A stretch of DNA of 57,188 nucleotides, filler included, from Sphacelaria rigidula (GCA_964200075.2; 5 parts of 5 records of this genome joined end to end with filler, not necessarily neighbours in it); one strand, 5' to 3'. Numbered from the whole stretch's first letter, positions 11,460 through 24,346 are shown. Notes: a model not told the origin generated them from the sequence alone. Translations and numbers: made by a program.

Positions 11460-13263
11460 GGGTTTGGCTGAACAGGAGGTAGCGTCGAGTAAGATCCCGA
11501 CGGTTGGTCAACGTCTAGAGTGTATGACGGATGAGGCGTGACACTGTTGTCAGTGATCACGTCCGCGGTAGTCAGAAGAGGGGCAATTCCCGTATCGACA
11601 TCCGGTGTCTCGGAGGGAGTACGACCGCCTACGTAATCGTCTACGCCTAGGTCCTGATCGTTGTCGCCCATACTACCAGACCTGGTATTTTGATTCGTCC
11701 CCGGGTTTTCATCGTCCGTGAATAGATCTTGGGCAGGTGAACCCGTCGTGCGTGCGATATCGGACATGGTATGTATGCCTGGGGAGGAACGTGATATAGG
11801 CAACGTGGAAATCAAGACATTGAGCGAGGATCGGGGCGTCGTACATTGATGCGGGAATGTTGACCGAGTGGTATGGCTAGTTTGTGGGTTCGTCGGTATC
11901 GGAGGGATATAAAAGCTCCGCCCCGATTGTGAGGCACCTGTTGCAGTGTTGGTACAGGCGGGCGTGTGTAGAGACAAACTTTCTTTGTACGGGCAATTTT
12001 GCTCCATCGATGAAGCATCGATAAAAGTATCGGACAGTTCGTTGGAATATGCCGTGTCGGAAAAAAATAATTAATCGCCTGTACAGCGGGGTGAATTTGA
12101 AACAGTCCGCGCACGCTCTGTCTGCCACCAGAGACCGGTAGTGGGGCACACATCGGTTGGCTCGGTGTTTTCCGAGCCGAGAAGAACTGCGGAGGGGTGT
12201 TGTAGCGAAGGGGAGAATAAAATGTATCTAGAAAAAGCGTACTGCAATAAAATCTCGGGCGGAATGGACAACAACGGCCCGTGTTCGGAGGGAATGTGGG
12301 GCGGGTATACAGATTGGATGTGGGTGGTGACGCTGTTGTTTTTTCGAACCGTGTACAACGGTACGAAAAAGAGTCCATCCGTCCCGGGGTATTGACGTGT
12401 CACGTCAATATGACCTGTGGGTGGGGAAGGAGTTTGTTGTGAAGCGAGAAATCGCTCGCGAACGCGGGCGCGCCTCAAGCGCCTGAGCGTGCGTTCATCA
12501 ATGTCTGAGACGAAACTGGGAACATTGCGCGACATCTGTGGTCTGTGGTCACACCAGACAACTGGAAGTAGCACGTGGACAGCTTGTCGCAAGAAAAACA
12601 GCGTATCACCCGCTGAACGGTGTACACAAAATCAAGTGAAAATCAAAGACCGAAAATACATGGCTTGAAAAAATCAAACCAACGAAGGGTTGTGGTGGGC
12701 TGGAACGCGTACAACAGCAGCCCACGGAGAGAAAAACAGTACAGCTTGAAGCCACAAGCCACCTCTGAAGCTTCATGTGTGGAAGTATAGCTAGCAAAGC
12801 AGGCCACAACCCAAGATGGGTGAGTATGTGATGCACTAGACCTGTTTTCGGCTCGTAACTCAAATCGTATGTTTTTCTCACACAAGGCACTCGTCAACAG
12901 TACACAGCTGTAGTTGAAAGTAAGCACTGAGCCCTTTCTGGAAAGGAAACACCACTGTGATATCAAGGGGTTATATTACTTGTCACTTACTCGTGTTATA
13001 GCTCGTCACAGGTTGCCGGCAGAAGGGGAGACGTCGCGCAGAACAGATGAAAAGCTGACGGTCCTTCTTGTGATTAGTTCTACGGTAGGTCTTTCTCTGA
13101 CAGGTAGATCGCAAGTGTCCTGCGTGGGCGATGATGCTCACGATTACCCTCAAGGCTCACAGCTACGCATATAATCTTGTCATATACAAATCAGCATGAC
13201 GCACTGTACCTCAAGCCAATCCAAGCTGTAGTAGCAGCAGGTACACGCGGCTAATCGGGTACA
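11460..13263 (-). mobile_element. 5' part of an LTR retrotransposon (LTR ~12956-13263, PBS, leader, start of gag-like ORF)
   Basis: Minus strand reads ...TATCACA-G-TGGTGTTTCC (LTR CA end then PBS); ORF MSDIARTTGSPAQDLF... from 11768 runs off the contig; outer LTR edge uncertain. Confidence 0.6.
12945..12954 (-). promoter_or_regulatory. Primer-binding site, tRNA-Val-like
   Basis: TGGTGTTTCC is complementary to GGAAACACCA, the 3' end typical of eukaryotic tRNA-Val. Confidence 0.55.
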
Positions 13264-13448
13264 ATCCTTTTGTCTTCAACCCGCTGTGGCAACAATACAA
13301 TGATCAAATTCTGCCTTATACAAACACACATTCGACTAGAATCCTTCCATACCCGCTGGTCGTTTCTAGGGACCATCTGCATATCCACAAGAAACCAGTT
13401 TTAATCCAGACACTCATTTACCATCACAGATTTGGGTTGCACAGTGAG

Positions 13449-13520
13449 CCCCACACATTTGGGCGCCTATAAAAACGAGACCCAGAAACAAAAAGTGCAA
13501 CCCCTATCGTAGCATTGGTC
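13449..13520 (-). mobile_element. One end of a Sola2-like element inserted in the Gypsy 5' LTR
   Basis: Reverse complement of the first ~70 bp of the 19609 MITE; abuts the truncated LTR. Confidence 0.8.
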
Positions 13521-14429
13521 CTAACACCGGTGAGACTGATTAGATTGAGAGACAGGATTGAAGATCGGATATTGCAAGGTTGAGGCCAAGCAATCAAGAA
13601 GCGATAACATCTACCTGCGCGTGATATCTTGGTATCTTTTGAACACATCTGCGTGAGGTGGTGCCTGTTGTCTGGCTTGGTCGTTCAGTCTGCTGACTGG
13701 CCTCCTGCCTTGCCTAGTGAGCCTGTACTTGCCATATACAGCGCCGTAACCCCCATTACATTTGGAGTTTGAGTAAGGAGTCTCTTCTTTTGCAATTGTG
13801 TTTCCCTTCTTAACACCGACTGTATCCCTGCTTGTCGAGTTGCGTGCGCGTGGCTTTCTGTTGATGATTTTTCTCTTCGTAGTCTTTAATTGAGGTAGAC
13901 AAACCTATCTAGCTGTTTGCGACTTGCTAGATAGTCAGTTGTTAGCTACTGCAAAGCTTTCTACTTTGTGTTACCTCGTACATTGTGCTTGCGACTTGCG
14001 ACTCTTGCTGCTTGCTGCAGAAGTTGCACTAGTTCACCGAAATGGCATGCCTGCACTTACGGGCTATTTCCTTGCCGAAATGTTACCCCGTATTGGTGCA
14101 CCAGCCGACACAGAGCAATTCGTCTCGGCGGGACAACAACTCCTCACTCTCACGGGACATACTAACTTGGAACCCGGTGATACTTCAGGAACCGCCGTCG
14201 CTCCTCTGATGCACATCCCGCTCGAGACGTGCGTAACGGAGCCTGTCGAGTCCGACGCAGTATCTCCGACGGGGTCGGGGCATTGCGTCGATAAACCTTA
14301 TTTCGACCTCGCCTCTACGACTCCACCCCAGATTCACGCCGTGGATCCTGCCCAGTCAAATTCCGATCCTCCTGCTGAAGTGCTTCAAAGCTTATCACCC
14401 AATTATCGGGATAGTTTCTTGCAGATGTG

Positions 14430-17400
14430 TCACCAACTGCCGCCACATATGCGCGACGTCAATTTTTGACCTTCATGGGCCCGGCTGAGAACCGGCAGTC
14501 ATCCGAGAACTCAGTGATGTCCTGCTGCAGTACCAAGACCGACTTTCCCGATCCGAGACGGATCTTCGGCATTGCAAAACGCTGCCCTTTGAAGTTATCC
14601 TCCAACCCGGCGTCTCGCCGATCTCTTCTCGACCATACCGGACAAACCCAATCCTTACCAAGAAGGTTAACGCCATCTCGGATGCATATTTGGGAGCGGG
14701 ATTAATACAATATTCCTCCTCTCCCTGGGCCTCGCCACTTGTGGTCGTTCCCGACAAGAATGAAAGCATACGCATAACCGTGAATTACCAACGGTTGAAT
14801 CGCGTCACTGTGATTAGTGAACTTCCAATTCCCCACATGGATCAAGTCTTCGACCCCTCAGGCGAAGGAAAAATATTCAGCACCTTCGACCTCGCTTCTG
14901 GATTTTTTCAGAATGCTATTCACCCTGACACAGTCCCACTAACGGCCTTTTGTACCTCGTCCGGATTCTACGACTTGCTTAAAATCCCACAAGGAGCTGC
15001 CACTGCCCCGTGATGCGTTCAACGCTTAATGCAACGCGTCACCGAGGGCCTCAAGCACATCATCATGTACCTAGATGAAGCTATTGCTTTCGATGCCTCA
15101 CCTGTCGCACATATCCGCACTCTCAGAGGATTTTTCTCTCGCCTACGAACACACGACTTGAAACTGTCTACATCCAAAGCTCGCCTTGGTATGCCTGACT
15201 TGGATTCCTGGAGCATTCCATTTCGCCAGCAGGACTACATCCGGATACACACAAAGTCAAGGCGATGACTGACTTGCCGATGCCAACTAATATTTCTCAA
15301 CTTCGCTCATTGTTGGGTGGACTATCCTACTACCGCATTTTTTTGTCGAACTTATCTAAACGGATTCGTCCCCTTACTGAGTTACTCAAGAAAGGAGCCG
15401 TGTTTACCTCCACAACCGATATGGAGAATATCACCCGCGAATTGCTAAAAACGCTTCCCGAAAAGCCGGTACTCTGCTTTCCTGATTGGGAGGCAGTACA
15501 TGATGGCTCTCGCCTTTTCAACTCCACACTGACGCCAGCACAAACGGATTTGGAGGAGTTTTGAATCAACCTCAGGTTGATGGCTCCGTACGACCCCTCC
15601 TCTATATTAGCCGCGCCACCCTGCCGAATGAGGCCAATTGGAGCCCGCTAAAACTGGAAGGCGGAGTGATCACCTGGGCCATTAAGCACCTTCGACAATA
15701 TCTGTTTCACGTGCCCTTTGAGATTAATACGGGTCATGGGGCACTCGAACAACTCGCCAAGGTTGGCGAACACAACCCGCGTGTACAACGATGGTTGGAA
15801 TTTCGAATAGCATACCAGTATACCATTAAGCACCGTCCAGGCAAAACCAACGGGAACGCTTATCTTCTCTCTCGACTGCCCCTTCCGCCTACGGCCGCAG
15901 ATTCCAGCTCGGCTAGCTGTTTAACGGAACCCGATAAACCTGGAATTTACCCGATTTAACGTTTTTCAACGCCCGTTTACGCCCTCGACCTCTAGTACCC
16001 AGAAACCGGTATGCACATGGGAGGGTCTCACCCTCTACCATATGACGCCGTTTCGGGTGGGTGAGCGCCCACTACCTCTTATTTTGTCGATTTCCTCACT
16101 TTCGGTACTCGCGCAAAGTTCTTCACGGAGACACCTTCGGTCACCCACCTAATCTCCGACAACACGCGCTCTCGGTCTGCCGCGCGCACCAACCCCCCGA
16201 GTGCCCCGCCGCTATAGATACCACCTGGAAATTCCACGAGCCATGCAGCACCGGTCCCACGGACCAGCACGCAACGCTCCGCGAAAACTCCTGCAACACC
16301 ACGCGCCGCGGACAATTTTCGCTGCGCATTGATACAGCCCCGCCGCCCATAACGGCGCCACCCCCATCTACCGCTCCCGAGCATGGAGCTGACGACGTAG
16401 CTCCTGTTCCCGGGGCAGATATAGGTGTCGGCATTTCAGCCCCGTCGCCTATTCCCCCGCTGCCTACTCCACCATGCTTGGTCGGCTCTCCAGCGGAAGG
16501 TCAACTACTCGAATTTCTCGCCAGCTACTCTCACCGCGATTGGGGTCGCGAACAAAACGCGGAACCGCTATGTCGCGCAGCCATCCGGTACTTACAATTT
16601 GACTGTTCAGTCTCGTTTCTATCCGCCCTTCTGGCTCCGGCTGCACACTGCCCCCACCAGATATCTCTGACGTATACAAACTTGTGCGTAAAGACACCCT
16701 TTTTACCATGGATGAAGGTGTACAACTACTCGTGCGTCGCTCCACGCCTTTGACGGGCGCAATTTCCGTCTCGACCACGGGACGCCACGCACGACTACTC
16801 GATGACGAACCAATGTGCATATATGCCCCATTCTTAATGCGCCCCTGAGTCATGAAACGCTGTCACACAGACTTGCCATGTCACCTTGGCGTCACTCGCA
16901 CCCTAGCGCTCTCGGAACGCTTCAACTGGTGGGTTGGCATGGAAGTTTCCACCCACTTCTGGATTCGGCGATGCTTCAAATTCCAGGCCCGAAAAACTTC
17001 ACGGTGGCCAGTACGCTGGCCCGTCATCTCTATGGGACTCCCCAACGAGCCAGGTCACCTCGTGCCCTTTGACTACTTTGGCCCTCTACCGACCACAGGT
17101 CACGGCAACACCTACCTCTTACTATTCACTGGCCGCTTCAGCCGCCACGCGTCCATGTACGCGGTGATCGCTGCAGATTTCACTGCCGCCGGAACGGCCG
17201 ACATATTGGTCCACGACTACATTGAGCACTACGGTTGCCCGAGGCAACTCCTTTCAGACAACGGTCAGCAATTTTGCTCAGGTGTCTCTGATGAGCTTTA
17301 CAAGCTCCTGGACATCCGCGAAATTACCACGAGCGCCTACCCCCCGAGCGGTAACGGTGGTACCGAAAGCGTTAATCACACCATGGGCCATATGCTCCCT

Positions 17401-19177
17401 ATGGTTGTCAGTGGTCGCCAAAATGACTGGGACCTACATCTCTCGCACATCATGTTGTCCTACAACAACTCGGTTGACGCCGCCACAGGCCCTGCTCCGA
17501 ACGAACTCCATCTTGGACGTTACCCTCGGCTGCCCATCACTGTCTTTGAGCGACACACGTTCGATGGCCACCAAGGATTGGATCAGGATCAGATATCCTA
17601 TCACGAGCTCGCGCATTCACGATAACGCCAAACGTTTACCCTCGTGCGCGGACGTCACGCTATCAACGCCTCGCACCTGGAGAGATCTCACACTGCCCTC
17701 TACAACCTCATGCACAAACGCCCCAACTGGAAAGTTAGTGATTGGGTTTGGATCTACAATAGTTTGTCGATCATTCGCCAAGGCACCAGCAAGGCAGTCA
17801 ACGAAACAATTTTGAAGACAAAATTATCCCTCAGTTGGACAGGACCATTCAAGATCCTGACAGTCGGATCATCACCATCATCTCCGGATGATGAACCCGT
17901 TGGTGATAAACTACTCTACCTCGACCTGCCTCGCGACTTCCAGGGCAAGGACACCAAGCCCCGCGTCTCCGTGCACAGATGCAGACCCTGCACGAACCCG
18001 CATGATACAAGCGACATGCCCAAGTACCTGCCGGCCAGACTCACACAGTATGTTCTCAACAGCTACTCGACCAAGTCCTCGCCCTACCATGTTACCACCG
18101 ACGACGTAACGGAACAGCCCCTCCGATTGACCATGTCCACCATCCCCGGCAACTAGATAACCCGTGGTCGAGGTGGCAAAATTGCTGTCATGTACAAAAC
18201 CCACTAGCACGGTCTTCGAAGAGCGTCTTGGGAACACGAATCCGACCTTCAGTTGCACCGCCGTGCAGTTCTCCTGTACTGGACGCAATCCTGACATGAG
18301 CATCTTGCTCATAACAAAAAATATTGCAACATGCGTATTGGCGCAGCAGCCCGCAAACTTCATCGCAATCAAGGACTACGCCTCGTCGCCGATGGTTACG
18401 AACTTGTACCCACCAAGACTTGTGAGATGAAGTTATTCGCAAACCAGCGAATACGACCCAAGGGCAGCTACCGTTGGTTCAAAGGCAGCGGCAGCCTCTG
18501 GTGGCTGGGTCAGACCCACTCCGTTAACCTGGTTTCTGCCGACACATAACACGGGATCTTACAAATTGGGGATCGATCTTTCATTGGGGATGAGGAACCC
18601 GGAAATTTAAGATCTTCGTATTCACACCAAATCTTCGGAATATGGTTTCATTTCTTCACCTACGGATAGCTGTTGACAACTGCTACATGCCATGATAATT
18701 TGGGTTTCGATCACCGAAATGTTGGGGTCCTAAGTGAAAAACAAGTTTCGGAACCATTTTGGCGTCCGTTCGGACACCCGAAATTCCCCAAAATTGGTTT
18801 TTCATCTAGGACCCCAACATGTCGGTGATCGAAATCCAAATTTCTATGGTGTGTAGCAGTTGTCAAGAGCTATCAGTAGGTGAAGAAATGGAACCATATT
18901 TCGAAGGTTTGGTGTGGATACGAAGATTTTAATTCTCCGGGTTTCTTATCCCCAATCAAAGATCCATCCCCAATTTGTAAGATCCCGTGTCACATGCATC
19001 GTGCGCTTCACCGATGACCCTGGACCCATACAGCTCAAGCTCCGGCCAACACTATACACCACCAGCCCATCTGCACCACGCGGATCCTGGCGCCTGCAGC
19101 GTCTCAAGTCCAAAGGACTTCGCCGCGGTCTCCAGCGCAACATCGACCACACCCACGACGTCCACGCACCGCTTTGA
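14430..19177 (+). pseudogene. Gypsy pol pseudogene (RT, RNase H, integrase, chromodomain-like)
   Basis: RT SSSPWASPLVVV..RITVNYQRLN..FSTFDLASGFFQ..TAF..PQG..YLDE; RNase H RPLLYISR..LE..WAIKHLRQYL..HRPGKTNGNA; integrase HLGVTRTL..C..DYFGPLP..SDNGQQF..YPPSGNGGTE; many stops and frameshifts. Confidence 0.95.
18549..18990. mobile_element. Foldback MITE inserted in the Gypsy pol 3' end
   Basis: Near-total palindrome ACACGGGATCTTACAAATTGGGG...CCCCAATTTGTAAGATCCCGTGT; flanks CACATA/CACATG; second copy at 46830-47270. Confidence 0.93.
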
Positions 19178-19608
19178 ACCACGCTCTTTCGCTGCAACAT
19201 TCCCCGCCTTTTTGAGTATCGTTTGTCCTCCGTTCTTCACTAGGACCCTACTCTGCGACATCCACAAGAGGACCACCTACATCGGACGACGATCGAGGAA
19301 CTACTGAAGCCACCCACCTCCTACGGCTAAGGGAGCTCTAGTATCCCCTCCCGGCTGGCGCTCGATCTCGCTGGATCACCAATTTTTAGGCCTTGCTTCC
19401 GACCAGCATGCATTGGTCGCATACTGATCTTGTCGTTTTTTCTCTTTGGATTCCCCCAGGTTGAGGCTCTACTCCCTGTTGTACCTCCCTATATTCCCCC
19501 TCCGTTTTGCTACGACGCCGAAGCAATGTGTGCTTCTTCGTTGATCGCTGGCATGCAGAAGTAGTTGGTGCTTCCGCTTTTCGAAGCAGTTCTTCTGCTC
19601 CTCGAAGC

Positions 19609-19861
19609 GAGCAATGCTACGCTAGGGGTTGCATTTTTTGTTTCTGTGTTTCGTTTTTGTAGGAGCCCAAATATATGGGGCTTATTTTGCAACAAAAATC
19701 TCCGGGGAAAGGACATGGAAATGCACAGAGGGGCCTCTCCGTGAATCGGCATCATTTTCAGTATTTTTCAAGTGAAAATGATGCCGATTCTCAAAATGAT
19801 CCGTGCAACACCCCGAGAAACATTTTCGCTCAAAAAGTGCAACCCTGCCGTAGCATCACTC
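19609..19861. mobile_element. MITE with GAG...CTC termini, Sola2-like
   Basis: TIRs GAGCAATGCTACGCTAGGGGTTGCA / TGCAACCCTGCCGTAGCATCACTC; perfect 4-bp TSD AAGC. Confidence 0.85.
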
Positions 19862-21049
19862 AAGCAGTATATGCTTCCTATATTTTGAGGTGTGGAAGTG
19901 GGTACGGGAGTGTTTCCTTAGGTATATTTTATTAGCCGCTCACGACTTTACGAGTAAAGGAAAACCTTAGTTTTCGCTGCTCTGAGGATAAACCCGCGCA
20001 GCTGTAATAAAGGTTCGTCTGGGTGGGTTAGTGTCATGAGGAGCATATTAGCCTGATTACCATGCCGCCTCAGACTCGTTGATAAATCCAGATGCATATT
20101 GCATTCCTGGTATTCCAAGACTGCAGGTCTGTTCAGAGTTGGTCAGGTACGAGTGTGAACTTGTATATGGCAGGGATGGTGACGGCTTGGTTTGCCCTTG
20201 CACAAACCAAGCCACCCCCACCGCACTGCCATCTACTCCCCTCTTTCAGCAAAGAAGTCTTACACCGGTGAGACTGATTAGATTGAGAGACTGGATTGAA
20301 GAGATCGGATGTAAGGTTGACACCAAGCAATCAAGACGCGATAATATCTCCCTGCGCGTGATATTTTGGTATCTTTTGGACACATCTGTGTGAGGTGGTG
20401 CCTGTTGTCTGGCTTGGCTGTTCAATCTGTTGACTGGCCTCCTGCCTTGCCTAGTGAGCCTATGCTTGCCATATACAGCGCCGTAACCCCACTACAACAC
20501 CATCCAGATGTGATCTCCATACGACACATCATTCTCATGAGGAGACCAGCATGTCTGTCTCGAGAATCATCACATCGGTTCACCCACGATACTGCTGAGG
20601 CGTTGACGCCCCGCATCAGTACTGGTTCTCCTGGTTCGGTGGGTTTTTCTATCTGTACGGGAATGTTGCCCACTTGTCGGGTACGTGGGGCAGGGTCCAC
20701 GGCAGAACGCAGCGGTCGTGTGAGATAGGCTTGACCTTGACGGGTCGAGCTTTTCGGACCGGCAAACGTTCAGCCTAGACCCTCATATATATGGTGAGGC
20801 CTAAATGCTGTTTATTTTCTGGTTTTCTGCTAGCGTTCATCCCACACTGGGCGAAGATTGACGATGATGCCCGAAGGATCCGTGCGATCTGCGAGCGTGA
20901 CCGAAATTGTACATACTGTAGTCATCATCAGACAGGAGGTGGTGAAAAAAAAGGATCTGAAAATAATGGTATCCACCGGTTCAACGCAGATCGGGCCCGC
21001 AGCGCCTTATGCAGCCACGGCTGCGGCTCCGACGCCTTGCTGTAGTACG

Positions 21050-22428
21050 AATCAACACATCCTCGAAGTTTCAGCGTCATGACAAGCGAGGTGCGGATTT
21101 TCTCGGCAGCTGACCTGCAAAAACACCGCCTCCATATTATCGAACAGATATAACACTGTTTCCCTGAGAAACATCTGGATAGCGCACGTCGTCATCATCA
21201 TACCGCACAATTCTAGGAGATTGATCGTGATGGAACAGTTTTCTCCGACTTTTGCTTTTCGGACTAGTTCCTACGTAAAGGCAGGAGGAGAGGGGTATCG
21301 CCAGAATATCTTCAACTTTGGGCAGTATCCTTCAACAGCACTGAAGCTGGCATCCGAAAAATAGCGTCGTGAGGCCGGCCGATCTACCTGGGCAAACAGG
21401 GAGGCGTGAGCGCTGTTCCTTGGTCAAGTAATCGATGATCGATTGCCCACTTCCAAAAGAAGATATTACCATGACATTCCCACCCCAGCTTGAGTTGTTT
21501 TCTTTTGTCCTGTTTTTTACGGCCGGCGTGATGTACAGCGGATACTCGTACCAGCTGCCAAGCAAAATATTTACCGGCTCGGACAACGTAGGTAAGGATC
21601 CATAATTTCCCCGTCACATTTAGTATGTCAGCGATGGAAGCAAGTGATCTGTCCTGGGGCCATTCGTTTTTATCTTCTGGGTGGGTACGAAAATACGCAT
21701 ACTGTGAGTGTTGGTCGTGTATCCCAACGCTTGACGGTGGTATCCCAATCGGTACTATTACTGGGTGCTAGGATTGGATTTTCATCGCGTTCGACTGGTC
21801 CGAGTAACCTCAGGTGGTCAGAGGCGGGAGAGTTGGATGCTAGTAACGCCGCCTGTTCCTCTTCGTCGTGTTGTATTTTTGCTAATATATAGTCGTCCGC
21901 ATAAACCACGGAAAAATAGGGGTCGTCATGCCCCCCTCCCTTCGATGGGGCCACCCCGATATTTGGCGGTGCTGTTGTGGCCGGACCTACCTCTCATGGC
22001 GGGGCTATTCGTACGTGTTCCATCATCCTCCTTCCTTCTTCTAGTATGTCTGCATCGTTCGGGGTAGTACCGTAGTGAGAAAGTTATATTGCTTGCGAGA
22101 GCAGACCCTAGAATTCTGGGGACGCCGTCCAGCCGAAGGTGAGTCGAAAGTCGGCTACTAAAATATCGTTGATTACGTAGTAGCTTTTGTGCGCATGTTC
22201 TGCAGCTACGCGCACGTTTCGGAAAGCGTTCGTTACGTCGGTTTTCGACAATAGAATCCATTTGTTGAGTAATTTCTTTGTAAGACGCAGGATTTCTTGT
22301 AGTAGTTGCGGTAGGGCCTCGGCGCAAAGACAACCTGGAATTTCGCCGGGGTTGGTGACGGCGTTCAGTCCTCCTTTTGTACCGAGTTTGCACTTGATGC
22401 CGCATGATGCGGACGTTGTTGGTGACAA
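21050..22428 (-). pseudogene. DIRS/Ngaro-type retrotransposon RT-RNase H relic
   Basis: LSKTDVTNAFRNVRV..RLTFGWTASPEF, VVYADDYIL, ILAPSNSTDW; RNase H YFSDASFSAVEGYC..FWRY, ITINLLEL, FDNMEAV; stops and frameshifts. Confidence 0.85.
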
Positions 22429-22738
22429 CTAACTGCTCCTGATCGAGCTACTCGCAAATGCCTAATTTCTGCGGCCGCTGATTGGTTAAAAACCAGGAAT
22501 CTGTTCGCCCTTACATCTTCTGTCGATTTTCCCAGACATGTGAACTGTGACCGTCGATGCTACTGTGGTTACCATATTCGAGTGTTCGTCTCAGGTCCGG
22601 TGCAGTTTCTGTCGTGTCTATCCGTACACCGCACGGGTGGCCACTGGGGTCTGTAACCTGGCCTTTTTGGGACCTTATCCACATTTGGTAAGGTCCGCGG
22701 ATTAGGTGGACAACTGAGGAGCATTCGCACAGCATGGA

Positions 22739-22817
22739 CAGGTTCGAAACAAAACATGTTCCAGTCTACAGGGGAGTCACCCGCCTATAGACTGGGACAT
22801 GTTTTGTTTCGATCCTG
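22739..22817. repeat. Imperfect palindrome at contig end
   Basis: CAGGTTCGAAACAAAACATGTTCCAGTCTA...TAGACTGGGACATGTTTTGTTTCGATCCTG. Confidence 0.85.
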
Positions 22818-22917
22818 NNNNNNNNNNNNNNNNNNNNNNNNNNNNNNNNNNNNNNNNNNNNTTAATTAATTAANNNNNNNNNNNNNNNNNNNNNNNNNNN
22901 NNNNNNNNNNNNNNNNN
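22818..22917. other. Artificial contig linker
   Basis: N44-TTAATTAATTAA-N44. Confidence 0.99.
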
Positions 22918-22922
22918 ATTAG

Positions 22923-24346
22923 GAGTAGGAACGGTGCTCCGTCTCAAAAGGGATGCGTGGTCAATGGTTAAACGACTGAGGCAAGCAACAAATGAGCACG
23001 CCCCTCAAACGAGTACCCCCGCCCCCAAACACACGCAAAAAACATCTTGCAAACGTGATTTCTTGTGTCGGTACCTTCATTTCCAAAATGTTCTCCGGAC
23101 TTTTTCAAACCCCTTTGGATCGTTCGAGAAATGACGCTCATCACAGAAGAGCAGGATAGTGCGACGCAACCGCTATGCCGTACTACTGACACCCTCCCCG
23201 TAATACACGTATCACATCACGTCAGTTGAGAGGAGCGTATCCACAGAAACTCGCCTTCATTGACTGAATAGACGGCGGCCGACGTCGTGTGTGCGATATT
23301 TTGGATCTCGGGCGAGGCCGTGGAGGGAAAGCAGGAGAGTGATAGCAACAAACAAACGCAAGGAGGGGGGCACATAAATTCTTCTCGACGGACTGTTTCC
23401 TCTGTCGCCCCTGCTGCTTCGCCGCTACTGGAGACCGTCATTTCCCCGAGCGTATGGTCACGGGGCTCCGGGACGTCCCTATCAGTTTTGTGGGACAAGT
23501 TGTACTATGCAGTAGTCTGGTGGTGTTACACACATCAACGGTTAGTGAACACTTCGCCGTGCACTCGTTCGGTGCAAATGCCATGGTCCTGCATTTTATT
23601 TTTGGCAGTGTTTGCAGTGTGTGGGATGTTCGCGAGGCGCAACTGGTCATTTTGGGTCGCGTCAGATTCGAGGAAGTGATTCTGGAACGTGGTTTGTCGG
23701 TGTCGGTAAGACACGACCTAGCCACATGCAGGCGCGGTGAACCTGCTGATCAAACTCCAGCGACGAGCGCGAACCTCGTTGCTGAAGTAGAAGCTGCAAT
23801 TTTTGCCCTTTGTTTCGAACGTGTGTGCTCGAGCTTTGCTTACGTGAATAGACGTTGCGAATCGTGTGTCGCCAACTTCGCCACGAGCGCGACCCCAAGG
23901 TGACGTTGCAAATCGTGCGGCCACCATGGTAGGCACCTACTCCCCAGAGCACACACTTCCGAGAAATGAAGTATTAATAGGACAGAACGGAAATACCTGC
24001 CAAAATAGCACCCCCGACTCAGTAGGTTGCTGAAGACTGAGACCAAGCAGTCGTCAGCGAGTGTGTACAAGGAATTCTGGGTCAAGGGTAGCTCAGTACA
24101 ATGGAGGTAATATCCGATGAGCTTTTGCAGGATCAGCTGATGTATTACCCTGAGTGGTAGCCAGATGGGTCCAGCGGCGGGAACTTCTTCCCTTGCTCGT
24201 GCGCTCGAATGTCGTCAATGGTTATAACCACATTCAAAACCAGGGGGCTCGGGGGAGGAGGGAAGGGGCGTACTCATCTGTTGTTTGCCTTAGTCGTTTG
24301 ACCGTTGGCCACGCATCCCTTTCGAGACGGAGCACCGTTCCTACTC
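22923..24346. mobile_element. Putative TIR element bounded by ~85-bp inverted repeats
   Basis: GAGTAGGAACGGTGCTCCGTCTC...AACAAATGAGCACGCCCC at 22923-23005 is inverted at 24265-24346; more copies at 24360-24423 and 38872-38950; no TSD seen. Confidence 0.55.

Larger units (their letters stand above)
13521..20496 (+). mobile_element. Decayed Ty3/Gypsy LTR retrotransposon (chromovirus-like)
   Basis: Partial 5' LTR 13521-13760 matches 20259-20496; 3' LTR 19911-20496 is TG...CA and follows the purine-rich GGAAGTGGGTACGGGAG; domain order RT-RNaseH-integrase-chromodomain. Confidence 0.95.
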
